Notes under the pieces: generated by a model
The model's input: only the letters and a program-made list of their open reading frames with translations
What the model was told of the DNA's origin: nothing
Database searches by the model: none
Position numbers and translations under genes: made by a program
In this document: positions 30,036-38,165 of the stretch, in pieces
How the letters are laid out: the number at the start of each line of letters is the position of its first letter
How positions within the stretch are numbered: position 1 is the stretch's first letter
Assembly (NCBI GenBank): GCA_049449095.1
Contig: JBMTTG010000001.1
Coordinates: 1 to 40,927 of the forward strand
Direction: 5' to 3'
Length of the DNA stretch: 40,927 bases
Source: Phycisphaerales bacterium
Lineage (GTDB): Bacteria; Planctomycetota; Phycisphaerae; Phycisphaerales; SM1A02

Positions 30036-30628
30036 CGCACGACGAGGAACTGCGGGTGATCACTCGGGCGAAGGCGGGAGACCCCGCCGCGATCGAGGCC
30101 CTCGTGCGCCGGCATCAGGCGTCGCTGCACGCGTTCCTCCTTCGCCGCTGCGGGCGGCCCGACCTCGCGGAGGACCTCGTGCAGGAGTCCTTCGTGCGGG
30201 TGCTGCGAAGCCTCGACCGTTTCGATCCTCGCTTCCGGTTCAGCACCTGGCTCTTCACGATCGGACGTCGGCTGCTGGTCAACCACCTGCAGAAGATGCG
30301 TCCGGCGTACGACAGCGATCTCGTGGAGAGCCGCGGAAGCCGCCGCGGGCAGCCCTCGCAGCCGGTGCTCGAGCAGGAGCGGCGTCGGGCGGTGCTCGGC
30401 CTCGTCGAGCGTGCGATGGAGTGCCTCAACCCGCGGCAGCGCGAGGTGGTCGAGCGCTTCCACACGCAGGGGCGTCCGATTCCCGAGATCGCCGCGGAGA
30501 TGGGCATTCCCGAGGGCACGGTGAAGAGCCACCTGCATCGCGCCCGGAGGCGCATGCAGGAGTCGATCGCGGCGGACGAATCACGGCATCGCTTGGCGCT
30601 CGAGGCCTTGGAGTCGCTCGATGCGTGA
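30032..30628 (+). CDS. ECF (sigma-70 group 4) RNA polymerase sigma factor
   Basis: This is the C-terminal 198 aa of ORF 29372..30628(+). The GTG start at 30032 overlaps the ubiE stop (GTGA). Region 2: DLAEDLVQESFVRVLRSLDRFDPRFRFSTWLFTIGRRLLVNHLQK. Region 4: LNPRQREVVERFHTQGRPIPEIAAEMGIPEGTVKSHLHRARRRM. Confidence 0.88.
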   Translation: MTHDEELRVITRAKAGDPAAIEALVRRHQASLHAFLLRRCGRPDLAEDLVQESFVRVLRSLDRFDPRFRFSTWLFTIGRRLLVNHLQKMRPAYDSDLVESRGSRRGQPSQPVLEQERRRAVLGLVERAMECLNPRQREVVERFHTQGRPIPEIAAEMGIPEGTVKSHLHRARRRMQESIAADESRHRLALEALESLDA

Positions 30629-31058
30629 CCGCCGTCCCGTCCGCTTCGAGCGCCACCGCGCTCATCGCTCGTGGCCTCGCATCCAAGCGAGCGTCCATCG
30701 ACGCCGTGCGGTCGTCCCCGATCTTGTCGAGGAGATCCTCGGCGACCTCGGTTGGCGACGCATCGATCGCATGGCCCAGCGGCTCCGTCGGGGCCTTCGG
30801 GCCGCGTTCCTCGTCGCGGCCGTCGCCGTGGCCGGGTCGATCGCGGTCGAGGCGGCGGATCGCGCCGCTTCGGGTCGCGTGCCGGGCCTTCTCGACGAGG
30901 CGATCCGCAACTTCGGCGAAGTTCCGTCGGAGTGGCGAGACGCGGACTGGGCCGAATGGATGGGAGGCGTCGAGCCGCCGCCGTCTCAGGATCCGTCGCC
31001 GACTCGAACCGAGCGATGGAACAGTGTGATCGCTGCGGCGCCCTGGTCGCCGGTCTGA
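30621..31058 (+). CDS. Putative membrane-anchored anti-sigma factor (145 aa, single TM, no zinc-binding HxxxCxxC motif)
   Basis: ORF 30621..31058(+). It overlaps the sigma gene stop by 8 nt. Single TM helix AAFLVAAVAVAGSIAV. The call rests on position and topology only. Confidence 0.45.
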   Translation: MRDRRPVRFERHRAHRSWPRIQASVHRRRAVVPDLVEEILGDLGWRRIDRMAQRLRRGLRAAFLVAAVAVAGSIAVEAADRAASGRVPGLLDEAIRNFGEVPSEWRDADWAEWMGGVEPPPSQDPSPTRTERWNSVIAAAPWSPV

Positions 31059-32758
31059 TCCGTCAAGCGCGTCTACGTCGAACCGCCGTGGCTTCCCCGA
31101 CTCCGTCCGCCTTCGCCGTGTTGGATCGCTTCACCGTCATCGTGATGCTGGTGCTCGGTTCGTCGGCGATCGCCGTGGCGGGGCACCGTGCGGAGCCGCC
31201 TTCATCACGTCCCGACGAGCCGGCCTTCGCCTCGGCGGCGGTCGCGCCGCCGGATGCGGACTTCCTGCTTCGGGTACGAGGCTTTCCCAAGGTCTGGTCG
31301 AGCCTCGCGACCGCTCCGATCGGACGCTACCTCGCCGCGACGTTCGGCGCGAGCGATCTCGCGGTCGCCTGGCGACGCTTCGTCGAAGAGCGAGGCGAAG
31401 ATCCTCGCGCGATGGCGACGGAACTCCTTCGCGAGGACGCGACCTGGATTGCGCGTCGGCGCGGCGGAGACGAGGAGTGGGTGCTGCTCACGCGGCTCGA
31501 CGACTCGACGCGCCGTCGTCTGCTCGCGAACTGGCGACCGCGTCCGCTCGGACGAGGCTGGTTCGAACTCGAGCGAGAGGGGATCCTGCTCGTCGATGCG
31601 GCGCCGCACCTGGCGATCGCGGGCTCCTCGAGCCGCGACCTTCTGGTGGCCGTCATCTCGCGGCTCTCCGGGATCGGCGAGTCCGGCTCGCTTCGCGATG
31701 CATGGCGGATCCACGATCGGGCTGAGATCCGAGGCGGAGAGATCGAGTGCTATCTCGATCGCCGCCCGTGGAGCGACGAGGCCCTGCTCGCCACCGCCAC
31801 GCTGACGCCTGGGGCGCTCGTGGCCGAACTGCATGCCGCCAAGCCGGATGCGGAGGCGATCGCCAACCGATCCTCGTTGGCGATCGACGCGGACTTCGCT
31901 TCGCTCGTCGGTTCGCTCGAGTCCGAGCATCTCGTCGTCGTCGCCTCGGCGGCGGGCGTGCCGATGCCGTTCGCATCCGAATGGCTGGCCGCGCTGCCCG
32001 AATCGGCGATCGCCCCGGCGCTCGGATCCGCGGCGGCAAACCGCCGAATCTGGGTCGTCGGCGAGTCGTGCGGCGGAAGCGACGACCCCGATCGCGACCT
32101 CCCCACACCGGCGATCGCGTTCGCGGTCGAACTTCGCGATCCGGGGCAGGCCGAACAGCGGCTCGATCGCTGGGGCGAGGCCCTCGCGGCGGGATTCAAC
32201 CGGCGCTTCCCGAAGCTCGCATCGCCACCGCTGGCGGCGACGAGCACCCTGGATGGAGGATCGATCGATCTCGGGCCGCTGCTGGTCCGCACGCTGGGAA
32301 GTCACCCGCTGTCTCGGAGGATGCGGATCGACTGGTCGGTGGTGAGCGGCGATCGCGGCTCGTGGGCCGTCGTCGCGAGCGGGCCCGCGTGGCTTCGGAG
32401 CCTGCAGGGCGCGTTCGAGTCCGGCTCCGCGTCCTTCGAGCCCACCGACCCCGTGGTGGATCGCTCGGCGGCGGCACGGGATCTGGAGGCCGCAATCCAG
32501 GAAGGCTGTATCCGCGGCGACCGCGTAGGACGCCACTTCGAGCGATGGGTCGAGTCGGCCGATCGCCTGGCGTCGGAAGAGGATCGCGAGGCGTTCGCGA
32601 ATCGCTGGCGACGAGTGGCCGAGGCGGCGCGGGCGATCGGCGAGGTGCGGTGGACGGTGGTGCGGTCGCCGTCCGGCTCGGTGCGGACCGCGATTCGAAT
32701 CGGACTCCCCGACGCGGCGGACGCCGTCAGACCCGACTCGCCGTCCGGCGAAGATTGA
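31016..32758 (+). CDS. Hypothetical N-terminally anchored protein (~580 aa) of unknown function
   Basis: In-frame part of ORF 30671..32758(+). Protein-like composition begins around the ATG at 31016 (MEQCDRCG...). An alternative GTG start lies at 31118, just before the TM helix FTVIVMLVLGSSAIAV. The large W/D/E/L-rich soluble region has no motif I recognise. Confidence 0.65.
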   Translation: MEQCDRCGALVAGLIRQARLRRTAVASPTPSAFAVLDRFTVIVMLVLGSSAIAVAGHRAEPPSSRPDEPAFASAAVAPPDADFLLRVRGFPKVWSSLATAPIGRYLAATFGASDLAVAWRRFVEERGEDPRAMATELLREDATWIARRRGGDEEWVLLTRLDDSTRRRLLANWRPRPLGRGWFELEREGILLVDAAPHLAIAGSSSRDLLVAVISRLSGIGESGSLRDAWRIHDRAEIRGGEIECYLDRRPWSDEALLATATLTPGALVAELHAAKPDAEAIANRSSLAIDADFASLVGSLESEHLVVVASAAGVPMPFASEWLAALPESAIAPALGSAAANRRIWVVGESCGGSDDPDRDLPTPAIAFAVELRDPGQAEQRLDRWGEALAAGFNRRFPKLASPPLAATSTLDGGSIDLGPLLVRTLGSHPLSRRMRIDWSVVSGDRGSWAVVASGPAWLRSLQGAFESGSASFEPTDPVVDRSAAARDLEAAIQEGCIRGDRVGRHFERWVESADRLASEEDREAFANRWRRVAEAARAIGEVRWTVVRSPSGSVRTAIRIGLPDAADAVRPDSPSGED

Positions 32759-33152
32759 GGATCAACTCGACCCGCCCGGTCGGCTCCTCGACGATCCTCG
32801 CGATTTCCGAAGCGGGAAGGCCTTCGGCGGCGAGCGACTCGATCCGTTCCTCGAGGCTCTGGGTCTGTTCGAGCAGCGGAACCCGATCGGCACCGGAGCG
32901 GGAATCGGAAAGGCGGGATTCGAGCTGCGCGAGCCGTCGCTCGAGCCGTGCCATCGCCACGCGAAGTTCGTCGGAGCCGCCCGTGCCCGCAGAAGCCTCG
33001 GCACGCTTCCTCGCACGGCGGCTGACCGCGGTCTGCCCAAGGAAGAGCGAGGATCGCACCGCCTGGCCCACCAGCCCGATGAAGGAGGCGACGAGCACCA
33101 CCGCCGCGACTTCGGACCAATGCTCCGCCCACCAACCGGCTGCGATGACCAC
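32727..33152 (-). CDS. Hypothetical small membrane protein with a coiled coil and a C-terminal HTH-like tail (DUF2802-like architecture)
   Basis: ORF 32727..33152(-), 141 aa. N-terminal TM helix VAAVVLVASFIGLVGQAV, heptad-like RLERRLAQLESRL, and the C-terminus AAEGLPASEIARIVEEPTGRVELILNL. Confidence 0.55.
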   Translation of the reverse strand: MVIAAGWWAEHWSEVAAVVLVASFIGLVGQAVRSSLFLGQTAVSRRARKRAEASAGTGGSDELRVAMARLERRLAQLESRLSDSRSGADRVPLLEQTQSLEERIESLAAEGLPASEIARIVEEPTGRVELILNLRRTASRV

Positions 33153-33235
33153 GTCCTTCTACTCCTCGGCCGCCCACCCTCGGACCCCGACTGCCCCGCC
33201 GGCAACCTGGGAATCCGCCCAATACTATCGAGTGA

Positions 33236-34333
33236 TTGAACGATCGCGACCTCTCGGACCCTGAAGAAACGGACCCGGCGCGGCTGCTGCTGGCCGGTCG
33301 CCATGGTCTGGCCGCGGACTTGGCCGCGTCGCTGCAGCATGCGTGCGGCCCCGACGGCGGAAGCATCGTGCTCGCGGTGAGCGGGGGACCGGACTCGCTG
33401 GCCTTGCTGTGGCTCGCCGCGGCGATCGCTCATCGCTCGGAGGCCGCCGTCCGTTGGCGGCCGTGGGTGGTGCACATCGATCATGGCCTGCGGGAGGACT
33501 CGGGGGCGGATGCGGCGCTCGTGCTCCGACAAGCGGCGGCCGCGGGCCTTCGCGGCGAGGTTGTGCGAGTCGACTGCCTCGGGCCGGGCAACGTCTCGGA
33601 TCGCGCGAGGCGGGCTCGCTACGAGGCGTTGGAGCAGGTGGCCCGTGATCGAGGGGCGGGCGCGATCGTGACCGCGCATCACGCCGAGGACCGCCTCGAA
33701 TCGATCCTCATCGGCCTCGGTCGAGGCCGCGGGCTCGAGTCGCTGCACGCGATGCCGGCGCGACGCCCCCTCGGGGAAGGGCTCGTCCTCGCACGGCCAC
33801 TGCTTCGCGTCCCGAAGTCGGCGCTGATGGCGTTCGTGGCGCACCTGGGCCTCGAGCCGGCGATCGATCCAAGCAACGCGGACCCGCGTCGGCTGCGGGC
33901 ACGCCTTCGGCAGATCGTCGTTCCGGAGCTCGAGGCGATCCTGCCCGGAGCCGCCATGCACGCTGGATCGATGGCGGACGAAGCGGTCCTCGCCGCCGAC
34001 GCGATCGACCGATGGCTCGACGAGGCGTTCGGCCCTCGCGAGGCGACCTCGTGGCCGCGGGACGCGCTCGCGGCGCTGCCGAAGGCGCTTCGCGTCGCCG
34101 GCCTGCTTCGGGCGCTGCGGGAACTCGATCCGAGCGCGTCGCGCGACATGCCGCGTCGTAGCGTCGAAGCGGTGGCGGCGGCGATCGCCGATCAAGAAGT
34201 GCGCCCTCGGCGGTGGGCGATCGGCTCATCGCTCGAGGCGGCGATCGACGTGAGGTTGGTGACGCTTCGGCGTCGCGGCGAGGACGGTCACGAGCCGCTC
34301 GACCGCCACGGTCCGAGGCACGCCGCGACCTGA
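33236..34333 (+). CDS. tilS: tRNA(Ile)-lysidine synthetase
   Basis: ORF 33236..34333(+). PP-loop VLAVSGGPDSLALL, followed by HIDHGLR and TAHHAEDRLESIL. Confidence 0.88.
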   Translation: MNDRDLSDPEETDPARLLLAGRHGLAADLAASLQHACGPDGGSIVLAVSGGPDSLALLWLAAAIAHRSEAAVRWRPWVVHIDHGLREDSGADAALVLRQAAAAGLRGEVVRVDCLGPGNVSDRARRARYEALEQVARDRGAGAIVTAHHAEDRLESILIGLGRGRGLESLHAMPARRPLGEGLVLARPLLRVPKSALMAFVAHLGLEPAIDPSNADPRRLRARLRQIVVPELEAILPGAAMHAGSMADEAVLAADAIDRWLDEAFGPREATSWPRDALAALPKALRVAGLLRALRELDPSASRDMPRRSVEAVAAAIADQEVRPRRWAIGSSLEAAIDVRLVTLRRRGEDGHEPLDRHGPRHAAT

Positions 34334-35238
34334 TCGGGCTCCGCGGCCACGCACCGCACCCTGCCATCCTCGACGAGGACGAGCACCGGCGGCTTCACGA
34401 GCCAGAGCGGACCGGTCGGCAGCGAGAGCCGTTCGCACTCGGCACACGCGATGTCGTCGGGCTGATCGGACTCGAGGACCACGGCGCCCGCTTCGGGCGG
34501 CACCTCGAGGGCGATCACGCGAAACGGCTGCGGCGTCGCGAACCACGACTCGAAGAACTCGTGGCAACTGCCGCAGTGCGGGTTGTAGAGGACGATCGCG
34601 CTGCGTCCTTCGAGCGTGAGGGCGGTGAGCTTCGGCACGCGGGCGCCGAGCCCGGTCTCGGGAATCGTCTTGCCGACCCAGTCCTCGACCGCGAGTTCGA
34701 CGATCTCCCCCGAGAAGGAGCCGAGCGTCGGCACCGCCGGCGAGATCGGGATGCGGGCCGCCGTCGCCACGCTCGCGGTCGCGATCGCGAGAAGCAACAC
34801 GATGCGCCATGCCGGCGATCCGCCGCCGATCGTCGCGGCGGGTCGCCGTGCGAGAGGCGGCAGCAGCAGGCCGCAAAGGGCGAGGAGGACGGCGGGTGGA
34901 AGGAAGCTCGCGGCCTCGACGCCGCGCCCCGCGAGGGCCGACAGCTCCGCAATGGCCGCAAAGGAGAGCAGAAGCGCCGCGGCGAGCGAAATCGCCCGCG
35001 ACCACGGTCGAAGCACGATCGCCGCGACCGCGAACGCGAGCTGCACGCCGATCAGAAGCCGAAGCGCCATCTCCGCGGAGATCTCGAAGCGGGTCGCGAT
35101 CCCGTCGATCCAGAAGGGAAGCGCCTCGACGCCGCTTCGCGACTCGATCGCCACCAGGGCGACAAGCAGCCCCGGCACTCCGACGCGGGCCGCCAGGATC
35201 GCCGCGGGCGATGGCCGCACCGTGGGTTCAGCGGGCAT
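34288..35238 (-). CDS. MauE/DoxX-like membrane domain fused to a thioredoxin-fold domain with two CxxC motifs (paralog 2, 316 aa; lacks the membrane CGC motif)
   Basis: ORF 34288..35238(-). Four or five N-terminal TM helices, then WVGKTIP...AIVLYNPHCGSCHEFF...DIACAEC...KPPVLVLVEDGRVRC...ACL. It aligns by eye with the upstream gene. Confidence 0.75.
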   Translation of the reverse strand: MPAEPTVRPSPAAILAARVGVPGLLVALVAIESRSGVEALPFWIDGIATRFEISAEMALRLLIGVQLAFAVAAIVLRPWSRAISLAAALLLSFAAIAELSALAGRGVEAASFLPPAVLLALCGLLLPPLARRPAATIGGGSPAWRIVLLLAIATASVATAARIPISPAVPTLGSFSGEIVELAVEDWVGKTIPETGLGARVPKLTALTLEGRSAIVLYNPHCGSCHEFFESWFATPQPFRVIALEVPPEAGAVVLESDQPDDIACAECERLSLPTGPLWLVKPPVLVLVEDGRVRCVAAEPDQVAACLGPWRSSGS

Positions 35239-36340
35239 CGAGGCACTCGGCGAGCTTCGCCTCGTCGTCGACGTCCTCGCACGCGCACACGACGATGCCG
35301 TCGACCATCGTGAGCAGCACCGGCGTCGTGATCACGTAGCTCGGCCCCTTGGGGAAGCTCGCGAGCGTGCAGTTCACGCAGGGCATCTCGAGCGCCGCGG
35401 CGGGGTCGGTGTCGGGAATCTCGATCGCGAGGACCGGCGTCTCGAGTTCGCCGGGGAAGTGGTTCTCGAGGAGCTCGTGGCAGTGCTCGCAATCGGCGCG
35501 GTAGAGCACCACATGCCAACGTCCCTCGGCGATGCCGGCCGGAACCGGACGCACCAGCTGTCGCGCGAGCGGCTGGCCGGCGAACGGCTTGCCGACCCAG
35601 TTCTCGAACTTGTCGAAGTAGAAGGGCTCCGGCGGCGGCGCCGGCATCGACCATGGGTCCGTGGCCGCATCCGAGGCCTCGGATCCGCCATCGGCCACCG
35701 CGGGCGGCCCGTCGCCCGAGACGTTCGCGGGACCTCGTGCGGGCACCGCGAAGGCGACCGCGATGCCGGCCAACGCGACGGCGGCGGTGATCGCCGCCAT
35801 GCGGTTCTGGATCTTCATCCAGTGCGCCGAGAGGGGCACGCGGAAGGAGAGCACCGCGGCGAGCAGGCCGGCGTCGATGAGGAACATGACCGGCGCCGGC
35901 GGTCCCTTGCTCCCGAAGCATCCGCAATCCGAGAGCATGCCCTCGAGGCCACCCTTCTGGTAGCCCTGCCAGAGCACTGCCGCGAGGACCACGAGAAAGA
36001 GCGACAGGATCCCGGCGGCGACCATCCGGGAGAGCCGAGGGAAGAGCACCATCACCGCGACCGCCGCGAACTCGATCCCGATCATGGCCCGCATCGAGAA
36101 CATCAGGAATGTCGCGAGGTCGGCGCCGAGGGCACTGCCGATCTCCCGAATCACCGAAAGCACCGGCGGCGGAAGCAGCAGCGGGTCGCGCTCGAAGAGC
36201 TTGAAGGTCGCGCCGGCGAAGACCCACGCCGGGACGACGACGCGGCTGACGAGACTGCCGGCGATCTTCGACCAGTGCGGCGGACCGAGATGGACGCCCG
36301 GGATCAGGTCGCCGGGTGAGGAGGTTTCGTGCGCGCTCAC
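35228..36340 (-). CDS. MauE/DoxX-family redox-associated membrane domain fused to a thioredoxin-fold domain with two CxxC motifs (paralog 1, 370 aa)
   Basis: This is the C-terminal 370 aa of ORF 35228..38167(-). Start is the GTG at 36340, preceded by GGAGAATCCC. TM helices carry the MauE-type LSDCGCFG motif, then WVGKPFA...HVVLYRADCEHCHELL...EMPCVNC...TTPVLLTMVDGIVVCAC...ECL. Confidence 0.75.
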   Translation of the reverse strand: MSAHETSSPGDLIPGVHLGPPHWSKIAGSLVSRVVVPAWVFAGATFKLFERDPLLLPPPVLSVIREIGSALGADLATFLMFSMRAMIGIEFAAVAVMVLFPRLSRMVAAGILSLFLVVLAAVLWQGYQKGGLEGMLSDCGCFGSKGPPAPVMFLIDAGLLAAVLSFRVPLSAHWMKIQNRMAAITAAVALAGIAVAFAVPARGPANVSGDGPPAVADGGSEASDAATDPWSMPAPPPEPFYFDKFENWVGKPFAGQPLARQLVRPVPAGIAEGRWHVVLYRADCEHCHELLENHFPGELETPVLAIEIPDTDPAAALEMPCVNCTLASFPKGPSYVITTPVLLTMVDGIVVCACEDVDDEAKLAECLDAR

Positions 36341-36484
36341 GGGATTCTCCGGAGGACCGGCGAAGATTCGAGATCGAGTCGATCGAGGTTTCGCCCGGTC
36401 GCGGGGGCGGGATGATAGTCCTCGGCCGAATCGCGATCGGATCGTGATCGAACGCGGATCGGCGCCCGGAGCGATCCCACGACC

Positions 36485-38161
36485 ATGGCCGACCGACCCG
36501 ATCCTCTGCTCATCCTTCCGGATCAACTGTCGCTCGAGGTCGGCCCGCTCGCGCGAGCCGTCGAGTCGGGCGGGCGAGTTCGCGTGCTGCTTCTCGAAAG
36601 CGGCGAGTGGCTCACGCGGCGTCCCTATCACCGGCAGCGGATCGCGTTGATCCTCCTGAACCTTCGGGCCTTTGCCGAGGAACTGGAGGCCGCGGGTTTC
36701 GAGGTCGACCGGCTCCACGGCTCCGGTACCATGCAAAGTCTGCTCGCGGCGTGGCGCGACGCGCAGCCGGACACCACGCTGCACGGGCGCGAACCCGCGG
36801 AACGGGAGATGCGGCTCGAACTCGAGCCGCTGGCGGCGCAAGGCAGGCTCGCCTGGCAGTCGAATCCGTTCTTCCTGACCGACCGATCGATGTTCGAGGA
36901 GGCGTGCGGGCGCGGGGCGAAGTCCCGCTTCCGCATGGACACCTTCTACCGAAAGGTCCGGGCCGCGACGGGCCTGCTCATGGAGCCGGACGGCTCGCCC
37001 GAGGGCGGCCGGATCTCCTTCGACGTCGAGAACCGCAAGCCGTGGAAGGGTGAGCCCGCGGCGCCGGTGCCGCCGCGCTTCGCGATGACCCAACGGCGCC
37101 GTGAAGGCGCGAAGGAGATCGAATCGCGCTTCGCGGCGCATCCGGGCACGCTCGACGTCGAATCGTTGCCCGCGACCTTGGACGACGCGCTTCGGCTGTG
37201 GTCGTGGGCGAAGTCGGAATGCCTCGAGCACTTCGGCCCCTACGAGGATGCGATGAGTCGCCGCAGCCGTGGGCTCTTCCACACGAGGATCTCGCCGGTC
37301 CTCAACCTCGGGCGCATCCTGCCGCGACGGCTCGTCGACGACGTCGCGGCGATGACGAACCTGCCGCTCCCGAGCCGCGAGGGGTTCATCCGCCAGGTGA
37401 TCGGATGGCGCGAGTTCGTGCGGCATGTCCATGACGCGACCGACGGACTTCGCGCGATTCGGGGGGAGCGCGTTGCGACGCGCGCGACGCCCGGCGACGG
37501 CGGATGGAGCGCGTGGTCGGGCGGATCCTGGAGTCCGTCCGCGCCGCCGCCCGCCCAGATCGACGGCGGAAGCGATGCGAATGCGTTGGGGCCCGGCGTC
37601 GGCGTGCCGCCGGCGTTCTGGGGGCGCGAGAGCGGGCTCGCGTGCCTCGATCACGTGGTCTCGGACGTCTGGGCCGAAGGCTGGTCGCACCACATCACGC
37701 GACTCATGGTGCTGGGCAACATCGCAAGCCTCCTCGACGTCTCGCCCCGCGACCTCGCGGACTGGTTCTGGATCGCGTACGCGGATGCGTGGGAGTGGGT
37801 GGTCGAGCCGAACGTGATGGGCATGGCGACGTGGGGGCTCGGCGGCGCGATGACCACCAAGCCCTACATCGCCGGCAGCGCGTACATCGATCGCATGAGC
37901 GACTACTGCCGCGGCTGCCGATTCGTGCCCAAGGCCGGCCGCGCGAACTCCTGTCCGCTGACGCGGCTCTACTGGGCGTTTCTCGATCGACACGAGGCGT
38001 CGCTTCGGGACAATCCCCGCCTCGGCGTCGTCATGCAGGCGATGCGAAAGCGCCCCGAGGCCGAGCGTCGAGGCGATCGCGCGGTGTTCGCCCGAGTGCA
38101 GTCGATCCTGATCGAAGGCCAGCCGCTGCCGCACGACGTCGTCTCGAGCACTGCCGACTGA
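36485..38161 (+). CDS. Cryptochrome/photolyase-family protein of the FeS-BCP (PhrB/CryB, COG3046) type
   Basis: ORF 36485..38161(+), 558 aa. Contains LILPDQLS, YHRQRIALILLNLRAF, FIRQVIGWREF, HHITRLMVLGN and WEWVVEPNVMGM, plus a C-terminal Cys cluster (MSDYCRGCRF...SCPLTRLYW) consistent with the [4Fe-4S] ligands of this subfamily. Confidence 0.88.
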   Translation: MADRPDPLLILPDQLSLEVGPLARAVESGGRVRVLLLESGEWLTRRPYHRQRIALILLNLRAFAEELEAAGFEVDRLHGSGTMQSLLAAWRDAQPDTTLHGREPAEREMRLELEPLAAQGRLAWQSNPFFLTDRSMFEEACGRGAKSRFRMDTFYRKVRAATGLLMEPDGSPEGGRISFDVENRKPWKGEPAAPVPPRFAMTQRRREGAKEIESRFAAHPGTLDVESLPATLDDALRLWSWAKSECLEHFGPYEDAMSRRSRGLFHTRISPVLNLGRILPRRLVDDVAAMTNLPLPSREGFIRQVIGWREFVRHVHDATDGLRAIRGERVATRATPGDGGWSAWSGGSWSPSAPPPAQIDGGSDANALGPGVGVPPAFWGRESGLACLDHVVSDVWAEGWSHHITRLMVLGNIASLLDVSPRDLADWFWIAYADAWEWVVEPNVMGMATWGLGGAMTTKPYIAGSAYIDRMSDYCRGCRFVPKAGRANSCPLTRLYWAFLDRHEASLRDNPRLGVVMQAMRKRPEAERRGDRAVFARVQSILIEGQPLPHDVVSSTAD

Positions 38162-38165
38162 TCCC

